Source of the DNA: Lama guanicoe
Lineage: Eukaryota
Assembly (NCBI GenBank): GCA_013239625.1
Contig: MU054400.1
Location: 1,833,345 to 1,897,344 of the forward strand
DNA: 64,000 bases
Direction: 5' to 3'
The translations under genes and the position numbers were made by a program. Below, piece by piece: positions 53,394 through 64,000 of this stretch. Under the pieces are notes generated by a model that did no database searches, was not told the origin of the DNA, and saw only the letters and a list, made by a program, of their open reading frames with translations. Positions within the stretch are counted from its first letter, which is position 1. Every line of letters starts with the position of its first letter.

Positions 53394-56300
53394 AATTGGC
53401 CACCAGCCTCCAGAACTGATTGCTCCTTTTAAATCTGTGGCTCTCCTGCTGTGATGTTTCACCGTCGCCTGGGGCTCAAGCTCTCTGTCCATGGAGAGCT
53501 CCCTTTCAGGATCCTGTCAGTCTGCCGATTTCCCTTGATCCCATCCCTCACCCCCTGCTTTTCAACTCAGCCCCATCAATTATGGATTCCCTCCCCAGCT
53601 TTCATCCTCCATATCTCCGCTCCCTTTGATCCTTCCCCTCAGGTGAGGAACGTGCTCCTCAGGACATCCTCAGAAATGCCTTTTTCTTTCTCTCCAGTGC
53701 GCCGTCCCAACCAGGCTCTCTCTCACTCCCCTCACCACCCACCTTCCTGAAGGACCCCAGACTGTCCCACTGCCCCCACTTTCTTGCCAGCCTCTCCTGG
53801 CTTCACTGTGTTTCCTCATTTATAACATCCAGGCAACCACGTCTCTTCCTAAGCCCTCAAGAGGCTTCAGTGAGAATGTGTATGTGATGTCAGGTACCAG
53901 GTGGGAGCCTATTAGCCCTACTCTTCTTGAAACTCTTTACTCTTTTGGATTCCATTTAGCTCCCTATTCTTTTTCCTAGACCTGGATCCTTGCCTCTTAT
54001 CTCTGTCACTTGCTGAGGGGTCTCATCAGGTCCCTAGACCCCACTATGACCTCTACGCAGAGAAGCAGATGGCGCCCAAGCTCTGCCAGACCTGAAGTCT
54101 CACCTGTAAATCAACAGGTCGAGAGTCAAATGTACCATCCCTGGTCACCCTGTTCCCCAGTCCTCACCAACGGCTTCTCCTAGGCACCATTTGCCAGTTT
54201 CTTAGCTTTGAGACTTGGCAACTATAAAAAACTTCTTTGTCTTCCCATCACTAACCACTTACTAAATCCAGTCTTATTTTATAGAACCCATCATGTTTTT
54301 ATCAACCCTTCCTTACTACAGTGAAGCTACTTTATCTCTAACTCTTGGTCTCAACAACTCCAGCCGTGACACCTGCAAGAGACTCCTGCCTAACAATCTC
54401 CCTGCTCCTCCAAGTCATCCTCCTCTTTATCTTACAAACCACTTCTTCCTAAAGTACTGCCCTGTTTCTGCCACTACCCTCTCCTTCTGCAGCGCACTGC
54501 GTCAGCCAAATAAAAACCAAGGATCAGCTCAGTTTGGTAGAAGGTGAACAATCAGTACAAAGAGCCATGCGGAGGAATTTTTATCCATGGCTATGGGTAT
54601 AGTATGCAAGCTTTTATCGTAGCTGTCAGGTGCACACGGAGCACAAAGATCTAACCAACTAAAGCTAAAGCAAAAGAGTAAACAGTAAGCTGACACGCCA
54701 TCAATCTCTTCACAGATCTGTTCCTTGAGTTGCTAAAATTGCACAATTATGACCCTGATAAAAGAAAAGCTCTTTTCACTTTTACAAACTTGCTTTGGTT
54801 TTTTTTTTTTTTTAATTCTTTCACTTAGTGCCAAGGAGCCAGAAAACATTCACCTGTTGTCTCATTTCCTCTAAAGTTTAAAGCCAGAGTTTGCTCACCG
54901 GTGGCCAAACAGCTGTGTCTTTGATGTCTAAGAGCCAATGTTTAAAAATTAGAAGATTTGTCCTAAAATCTGAAAAAATCTAGCCTCCCTTGAAAACTCA
55001 CCTTATCAGGTAACACCAGCTTAGCACACAGCCATGGCCGGGACATCACAGATGGCCGCCTCGTGGCCAAGCCACCCACTCTCCCCCGATTAGTTTATTG
55101 AGATTATGTATCTGACCCACTAGAAATTATATGCTTTGGTCCCTAGTTTAGACAATGCAGTTTTGTTGTAATTTAAATAAAATTCCACGGGAGCCCTCGG
55201 ACACCCAAAACACATCCTGTAAGCTCACACTATTCAGCACTCTCTGTAGACGGGATTTATTGGGCCCATTTAAAGAGCATGAACATTTCAGACTGTGCAT
55301 TTCTAGCTTGCTGCGACTGTCCAAAGGCGTGGGCGTTTCAGAACACCAGCCACTTTAGATGCACTACTGCCTTCCTCCAACAGGACCTGCAGCCCTAAAT
55401 GAACATGACATTGGTGGAACAGATTTCCTGTTTTGCAAAATGAAACCAGCACCACATGTGCATCCAAATGTTTATTATTCTCTTGTGAATAATTTATTTT
55501 AGTCCAGTTCCAGGAATGCAAGTTGGGATGACTTGTTTTGCCCTCCAGGATCATCTTTGTTTTCTTAAAAACTCTAGGACAAACAAATTCCAAGTTTTAA
55601 ATTTATCTTAATTTTTTTCCAATCCTTTTCTTCCTTATTCTATTCTGGTTTTTTTTTCTATTCTAACTTTTTAACTTTGTATTTCACAGGTTATAATCTT
55701 AAACAGCTTTGTGGTTCTGCTTTGTTTCTTTTTTTGTTTTAACACTGAGGTTAAACATTTAAGATCTCTGCTATTTTAGTTCCCAGGAGTATCAGCTTTT
55801 GCTGAACAGAGAAAGGTGTCAGAAGTGTCACCTGCCTTGGTCTTCCCTTTCCTCTGATGTGTTGATTCTAATGCCCTTTTTCATTTCTGCAGCCTTGCAG
55901 ACTCCTTGTGATTTTGGCTTTCCCAGTTATGTGCCTGCATTCAGTGATACTTCGCCATACTCTCACCCTCTGACCTGATGTGAATTCTAATCAGAAGTTT
56001 CCACTTGCATTTCAGGAATGAGCTCTTATCAAAAGATCACTGAGTCATAAACATGCTTGCTTGCCAGCTGCCAGCACGCCATTCTGGAGAGAGAGGACAC
56101 TTAGTTAAGTGGGAGGCTCTGCCTCATTCAGAGAAACCCTGGGACTCTTCAGAAGGAACGCGTGGCAGCTCTAGGCACAGACAGTCCTCACCAGGCACCA
56201 AACAACTCATTTGTTAGTAGAATCTTTCACCTGATTCCCCTCCCGTCATGCACCCCCAAATCTGGAGGCTGGAGGGGACCGTGCCACACATCTGGCAGGG

Positions 56301-57479
56301 CCAGACTCAAAACACTGCAATAGGACTCTTCCCCATGCTCCTACCCTCTGGTGCCTAGCATCCTCCCAGGATGATGGTCCCTTTATAAGCCCACCGACCT
56401 CCTCCATCAACTGCTTCTATGGCTCTGGCCTTGCCACTGGCCAGGAGCAGCCTGCCTGAGGCACTGTGCCTCCCTGCCCAAGGAATCCAGGAATCCACTC
56501 ACAGGCGGATACCAGAGAACACTGCCAAATGGCACACAGCCACCACGCTTGCCCAGTGGCCCCAGAAGAATGTGACTGTGTGCCCTTTGGTGGCTGCCTC
56601 CCCATAGCCTGGCCAGGCCCACGCTCCCCAAAGGCCCACTCACATTCCAAAGTCTTATGTGTCCAAAGTCTTATGTGTGACTCTTATGTGTTAACTGCAA
56701 CACCACGCCACAGAAAACGCCACCCACAGCCCCAGGCCCTCTGGAACTCGCAAGGCTGTCCAGCCCACCAGGTTAAACTTTTTAAACAAAGACTATAAGT
56801 CACTCACCCAAAACCTGCAGAAATACCCGTTTGCAAGTATAATACCAAAGGGACATAAGTTTGTGTACAATATAACTTTACGTGCAATATAAAAGCCCTG
56901 GGGTTATTCTAGGGACAGTAAGGAGGCCAATTAGGGTTTGCTCCATGCACTAAATTAACAAAGGACATGGGTGGAAGTGACATTTAACCACATCATAAAA
57001 TTCCTGCATGCTCAGCAGTTACGGTGGAAGCAAGAAGTTAGGATAGAAGGTAAGACAAGGGGAAGAGGGATTAAGTCTTCTCCCAGAACCACGCCTTGTC
57101 ACTCTCCTGTCCTCTCACAGGAAGCAGTCTTTAAAGGGGACGCATCAGAAGCCGGCATCTTGCTCAGCTCTGCAAATTCCCCCTTCATCAACTCCTCTTG
57201 AGAGCAGCAGGGGCCGCACTGCCAGAGACTGAAGGAGGCAGACGGCTTCTTCATAGATTTTTTTTTTTTCCCTCAAGGCCATGGGCTTAGCAATCTGCTT
57301 TCACAAATACCAAATTCTCTCTAAACTCAAAAATGAATGCCACTCCTGGCTTGTTCTGTGCCTCGATTACTAGACTCTTGGCCACCTGAGTGCCAAGGGG
57401 AGTTCAAGGTCACTTTTAGGATGTTGTGCCACTGGTCTCCACAGGTCAGAAAAAAAATAATTGGGTCTGCTGTCCAAGC

Positions 57480-57680
57480 CAAGGCGTCAGACAGAAAAAG
57501 ACTTCAGTTCACATCCTGGCCTTGGCTGTTCTTGGCTGTGTTGCCTAGGACACACCATTTGGCTCTCTGAGCCTCAGTTTCCTTAACTGTAAATTGGGAC
57601 AAAGGTCCCTCATTAAATGAGATGGTACGTGTGACGCATGTAGCACCCTACCTGACAGACGGCACGAGCCTAGTAAACCT
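57480..57680 (+). mobile_element. MIR SINE
   Basis: Contains 'ctctctgagcctcagtttccttaactgtaaattggg...attaaatgagatggtacgtg'. Confidence 0.75.
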
Positions 57681-58419
57681 CAACTCAACCATCCCTCAAC
57701 TGCAACTTAACCACAGTAAACCAGTGGGGTTTCTGGACCATTAAGTCATTTTAACAAGCTTTTAAAAGCAAACTAGTGCATACCAATACAGGCACAAGCC
57801 ACGTTTATGAACAGTTCTCTCCCAGTGTCTTAGACTTAAAGCTTGCTTAGGGATTCCTGTGGTTTCCAATGTAGAGCAAGGGGGAAAGTGTTGCACCTTG
57901 ACCTTTCCTGTAAAAAGAAAACTGACAACATTTGGGGTAACAGTGCTCCTTGTTCAGTGCTCCCCCAGATCTGCAGATGCCCACGTGGAGCATCAGCTCT
58001 ACACACACAGACTTCCACATCATCTCCTCTTGGTCAACATGCAATGTGCCCTCAGTTTGTTTCCTCAAGTTTCTGAGAATCAGTTGGGGGGCTTGTTTAA
58101 ACTGGAGATTCCCCGCTCCACCCCCTGATTCTGATTTGGTAAAGCTGACGTGGAAACCAGGAATCTACATGTTGTTAACAAACCCCATCCCAGTGATCCT
58201 AATGTAGTCTTCAGACCACAGTACGGAGAAACTGGCCAGGCTGTACCACTCAGAAATCTCTAGGACCTCAGAGCCTGGCTTGAAACAGAAGCTAAATCCC
58301 ACAAACTAATTATTAGGAGAAGAGAGCCCTGAATATGCACGCATCTGGGAATTCTTGGAGCGCCAAGGCCTCCCTGGCAGCCCTGCACCACACCAACTCC
58401 GTTCACTCATGGTTCCACG

Positions 58420-58772
58420 TCTGAGAGAGGGGTGTTGACGTCTCCAGCTGTGATAGTGGGTTCATCTGTTTCTTCTTGCAGTTGCTTCAGTTTTCACCTC
58501 ACGTAGTCTGATGCTGTATTGTTAGGTGCATTCATGTTAAGGACTATTGTATCTTCTTGGAGAACTGACTCCTTTGTCATTATGTAATGCCCGTCTTTAT
58601 CCCTGATCACTTTCCTGAAATCTGCTCTGTCTGTAATTAATACAACTACTCCCACTTTCTTTTGATTTCTGTTAGCATAGTATATCTTTCTTCATCCATT
58701 TAATTTTAATCTATATGTGTCTTTATATTTCAAGTATCTTGTCAATGACATATGGTTGGGTCTTGCTTTTTT
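58420..58772 (-). mobile_element. L1 internal fragment (ORF2 endonuclease region)
   Basis: Contains 'tgagagaggggtgttgacgtctccagctgtgatagtgg...tgttaggtgcattcatgttaaggactattgtatcttcttggagaactgac'. Confidence 0.8.
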
Positions 58773-61700
58773 GACTCATATCTCCTGGCTTCACTCCGAT
58801 TCCAGCTCACCCTGCTCCTGTTCCCTTCTGTCCCTCTCCTGAGGTTCTGATTTTGGACTCTGACTCTGCAGCATTTTCCTTGAGAGTAAGCAGTTCCAAA
58901 AGAAAGAAATGACTGTGGAAATCCATTAAAACCATTTGTTGTTCTGTCACACTGAGGGTCAAATCATAGCTCCTGAAACATAATTAAATAAAGTAATTGA
59001 CACATAAAATGGTCTGCACAGCAGGCATTACAGAAAACTCAAAGGGCTTCACAATGTTTAGCTTTTTACTAAACAAGATTTGAGTGTGTCTGAATTAATC
59101 ACACACTTTTCTTTGGGGAGGTCTAGGTAAGATTTATTGTATGTCTGTGTGTTGTGTGCCTGTGCGTGCACAAGAGATCAACTCATTAGCAAAGAAAACC
59201 TTGCTTCAGACAATAAAAAGACACTTCTAAAGTTTTCGATTCAAACAAAAAAAATGTTATTACTTATAAGCTTAAAGATACAACAGTCATTTTCTATATT
59301 AAAACCACTTATTTCATGACATTCATTTAAAACTCTGTTCTGGACCTAGATAAAAATACAGCTTATTTCTAAATCATGCCTTCCCCAAAATAATCATGCC
59401 ACAAAAAACTACACATTTTTACCCTATGACTGAAGTTTCCCAACCTGGACCAAGGGGGGAAAAAAAAACAAGAAAGCTGGACAAGAAAAGAATATTGATC
59501 TGGATGGTTTCCCTGGAGGCTGTCATCCCAGAGAACGGTCACAACAAACCACACTGGAAAGAAAGGATAGGGCAAATTGGGACAAGGTTCAAACCATGGG
59601 GACCCCTGAAATAGCTAACCATTTAGAATCAACGTCAAAAAAGAAGTCAGAAGACTGTCCAATGGCTCCGTATGTACTGCCAAGATATATTACCTGAAAT
59701 GAGGAGATAAGGCAAAAATATGACTTTCAAGATGCCCTTTCAAGGTCACTTAGAACACAGTCTCGCAAAGCCACATAAGGGCACCTGATGTGTATGGAAG
59801 ATAAGTTGGCTTAACTTAATATTCACTACTCTGTAGAGTCCAGACACTGTCAAGTTAGATGTTAACTTGTAGAAGATTGATAAGCTACAAATGATTTCTG
59901 TCCCAGGGAAGAGATAAGCCAAAGATCATGGTTTTATCACTTTATATAATGTCACATTCCTCAGCCATCTCTTAGCAAACCTTGTTTATTTTAACTTACT
60001 GAAAACTATACATTGAGACTTTATCATTTGCTCCACTGATCTTCCCATCCTGAAAACAAATGCTTGCTGTGTTCTTTCTCACTGAAGTTTGAGCTTGAAA
60101 ATTATTTTCAAAATTCCATGAAGCCTAGGAAGGTTCCATCTAGCGTCATGGTTGTCATTGGTCCATCAGCACCAACCAAGGTCCCAGCGGTTCCTCCTCC
60201 AGTCACTATCACACAGTCCTTTCTACCGACCCCAACATTCTCGGACCAGGCTCGGACTCAGACTCTGGGTCTTCCACGGAAGCAGAACAAAACGCAAAGA
60301 AAAGAGAGCCAAGACACGTTTGCATCTTTTTAAGTCCAGTATCCTATTTCCTTTTTGCTCCAGGGCATGAAGTTTGTATCAGGCTTGGCATTTTAGAAGA
60401 ACATGAATGTCATGGGAAGTGACAGAGAAAAGCCAATGAATGGAGCAGGGGTTATGCTCCAGAACACAGAAGGGAGTGGAATAAAAGGAAGCCAGGAAAG
60501 AGAGAGAATGGGGGCATGTGAGGGCACACGTGGGAAACACACTTAGCTTTTGCAGAATCAGCCTCCACTCCCAGCCTCACCTCCCACACACTGGCTGTTC
60601 TGGAGCTATAAGCAGACACCCAGTGAGGCTGGAAGTGCCAGTGCATGGCTAAAAATTTCTGCTAAATTACTATTAAGCCTACCAAGAAAAGATCTGACTC
60701 AAGGAAACACCTTACTGGATTAAAAAAAAAGGAAATAAATAAAGAAGGAAAGAAAATGTATTTTCCAAACTAAGCCACAAAGTATAGAGTGGCTAAGCAC
60801 ATAGAGCATTATCCCAAGGGGATAAAACCTACGAATTTCATTTTGCAAATTGCTGAAATAAACACTTACTGGCTATTTGGGGGAAATCAAGATTGTTACT
60901 TACAGAGGATGTCCTAAATGGATCTTGAACGTGGGGACTTAGAAGGAGTCACAGATACTTTCCCTCTGTCCCGTCTCAGATAGAGTCAGTGCTTTCCCTA
61001 CACAAATGTGCCCTTGTATGATCAGGCCTGACCAAGGGCACAGCGCCCGAATTCAGCCAAACAACCTTACCAGGGGCAGGATTTAGTAGCAGCCTTCCTT
61101 GTTCCGTGTGTCACACAGTTCACAGGCCAACAGGGGCTGCCCCTGCCTCTGGGCATAGCCTTCCTCCCACACGAGGAATTGCTGCTGCAGGTCACTGTCC
61201 AGAGAAAGGAAACTCTTCTGGATGAACAGAGGAGATGCCTGCAAATCCCCAACCTGTGGGTGAACTCCTTTCAGAAAGATGTCCAGAGTGAGCGCTGTGC
61301 ACCAGACCTGCCTGTCCTGAGTCCCAGACTCTTGACGCTCATCAGTAAACGGGAGTCACATCCAGTCAGGGAAACTGGAAAACTACAAATACTAGAAAAT
61401 GCAAATAATCATTTATTGTTGACTTAAGATTTGACGAATACGGTAACATCTGACTCAGGCCATGAGAGCCATAAACATTTAATCCCCATAAATGGAGGGC
61501 ATCCATGCAGGTTCCAGAGTGGGTTATGATATTAGTTCCCAGTTCTTCTTCCTTAAGGACAGAACCCAGGAAAACAACCCATGATGAACCACGGGAAGGT
61601 CCCCATAATGACTGGGTCTAGATCCTCTTCTCTCGGTAACCACAGGGGACATTCCTTCCTCGGTTCTGCGCTACTCCCAGGAACCTAGCTCTGGCTGATT

Positions 61701-61848
61701 ATGGACCAGAGAGAGCTCTGTCTTCACTGGTTATAAAACACTGAAGGGCCTGTCTCTCTAATGTGACCGTTCCATGCCCACCATCTTACTTGTAGCGTGT
61801 CTGCAGGACCAGCATAGTGCTGAGTAGGGAGGAAAGTGGGAACCCGTC

Positions 61849-63010
61849 TGCGAGATGATAGAAATATATTTACATTGGCCCCCACTTCCTGGCACAGAGC
61901 TCCAAAAACTCTTGTAACTTTTTAAGTGATAATGAACACTTGGAGCACCTTTTGTTCTAGTATTTGGTCTTTAACCTGGTTCCTGACACAGAGTGCCTAA
62001 ATCCTTTGGCATTTCCTGGGTGATAGCAGTGTCTTTTGCTCTAATGAGGTGACTCTTGGTGGGACTCCAGATGGAGGCTCGTCACCAGGAAGACCAACCT
62101 GTGATTAGAAGCTTGGGCTTTTTCACCCCCACCCTTCATTCTCCAGAGAGAAGAGAGGGGCTAGAAATGGAGTTAATGATTGATCATGCCTACGTGATGA
62201 AGTTTCCATAAAAATCCCCAAAGTACAGGGTTTAGAGAGCTTCCAGGTTGGTGAATATGTACCAGAAGGGTGATGCCCCCCACCTCCACATGGACAGAAG
62301 CTTCTGCACTCAGGACCCTCCCAGACCCCACCCTATGTATCTCTTCACCTGAATATACATCTGTATATTTTACCATGTCTTTTATAAGTTTGTGTTCCCT
62401 GGAGTTCTGTAAGCTATTCTAGAAAATCATTGAATCCAAGGAGGAGGAGGCTGTGGGACCCTCCAATTCACAGTTAAGCCAGACAGAAGTTGGAGGCAGC
62501 TTAGGGACCCACTACTGTGATTGGCATCTGAAGTCAGGAACAATCTCATGGGACTGAGCCTTTAATCTGTGGGATCTGATACTATCCCCAGGTAGATAGT
62601 ATAGAAATTGTTTTAAATTGTAGGACACCCAGCTGGTGTCTGAGAATTACTTATTGTGAGGGAAAACTCCCACACATGTGACACTGTTGTACGTTATTTA
62701 CGAAAGTTGTTAAGAGATTAAATCCTAAGAGTTTTCATCACAAGAAAAAAAATGTTCTCTTTTTTCTTTTATTTTGTATCAATATGAGATGGTGGGTGTT
62801 CACTAAACTTATTGTGGTCATCACTGCATGATGTATGTCAGTCAGATCAACATGCTGGACACCTTAAACTTACATGTCAATTATATCTCAACAAAACGAG
62901 AAGAAAACAAAAACAAAAACAAAAACTCCCACCCATTTGGTGTCAGAAGTGTTGTGTGAGTTGTGTGAGAGAAAAGGGGAAAATGGGAAGAGGGCTGAGT
63001 TTTTCTTTAC
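61849..63010 (+). mobile_element. MER21-like (ERVL-type) LTR interrupted by an L1 3' end
   Basis: Motifs 'ttcctggcacagagctccaaaaactcttg', 'ctaatgaggtgactcttggtggg', 'gagagcttccaggttggtgaa' and 'ttgtaggacacccagctggtgtc'. Confidence 0.85.
62678..62921 (+). mobile_element. L1 3' end nested in the MER21 LTR, 15-bp TSD
   Basis: 'aaagttgttaagagattaaatcctaagagttttcatcacaag...gtcaattatatctcaacaaaac' + (AAAAC)n tail; TSD aaaactcccac(a/c)cat at 62663-62677 and 62922-62936. Confidence 0.85.
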
Positions 63011-64000
63011 GACTACCTCTTAGCAAGAATTCTCTCTTTGGCGAGTAGTTGAAAATGGGTCCTCTTACGCAGAAACTTCCTGAGAGCATCATTACATACA
63101 TACTAGGAATATTTGATTAGTAGGTGGAGGCAGGATCCTGTAGACCTATGTGTGCCTTGCTAAAGGGTTTGACCTTTACCCTGTAGGCAATGAGAAGCCA
63201 ACAAAAGTCATTCAGCCAGCAAATTGTAACAGTAAGTTAGCAGAGGTAACACACGCAGTAGGATGTATAAAATACGGAGAAGATGGTAGAAGATCAGATG
63301 GGAGACACTAATCTGCTATTTCTAGTTCATTTCATTACAATTCAGAATGTTTTTTTAAGCAGGAAGTTGCTTTTCAAGATCTATCTCTAGGTCCAAAAAC
63401 TCACTCTCTTCCACCTTAGTGGCACTATTTCCCCAACATTAGTCATTATGAGAACCAGGGAAAGTGACTTTGGGCAACAGTTAAGCTTGTTGGCACAGAC
63501 TGGGCACCTAAGAGAATGCTCTCATCTCTATGAGCACAAAAGGCCAGATCTAGACCTCTTTCTAGCCACTGACCACAGGCCTGGATCATTTTGAAGACAG
63601 AACTTCACTTACACACCAATTCTGCGATTCAAGCCATGCCCAAGGACATTTTTTGACCAAACTCTCATTTAGACAGATGAAACACAAAATTCTCCTTGTA
63701 AATATAAACTTTATCAGTGTGTCATCACTCAGTATAATAGTCATGTGGTGGTCCCCAGAGTCCAGTGACCAAGGAAAGTATACATCCAGTTTCTGACTGC
63801 CACCAAAGACCCCCGCTTCTGCTCTGGTCATCTCTGGACTCTCTTTACCCCTACAGACATGATTCAGTGAACCAGCTCCCAGCTGGACCACTCTCATACA
63901 GCCGTGAGCAACTGTCATTTCCAGCCTCCCAGAGCAATTTTTGAAAATCATAGTGCATATAAAAATTGATCACAGGAAGAGGATTAACTAGCACCATTAT

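Overview
Mammalian nuclear genomic DNA, most likely a camelid (camel/alpaca), inferred from tRNA-Ala-derived SINEs resembling camelid vic-1 and from cetartiodactyl-type L1 3' ends. The window lies entirely inside the FRMD3 gene (FERM-domain protein 3, minus strand). It holds two coding exons with canonical splice sites: 24245-24349 ([35 protein letters not shown]) and 6750-6792 (HWLEPNKSISKQMK+). Everything else is intron. A full-length, disabled processed pseudogene of NDUFV2 (complex I 24-kDa subunit) sits antisense in the intron after the 43-bp exon, with polyA signal, A-tail and target-site duplication (TSD). The rest is typical interspersed repeat (L1, MIR, L2, MaLR/ERV LTRs, hAT-Charlie MERs), often nested, plus microsatellites. 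Apart from the NDUFV2 fragments, the ORFs in the supplied track look spurious. I found no convincing novel biological system. The best leads are the NDUFV2 retrocopy, an intact ERV1 solo LTR near the 105-bp exon and a CRE + double E-box cluster. Repeat family names come from recalled consensus sequences and their boundaries are approximate unless TSDs are given.
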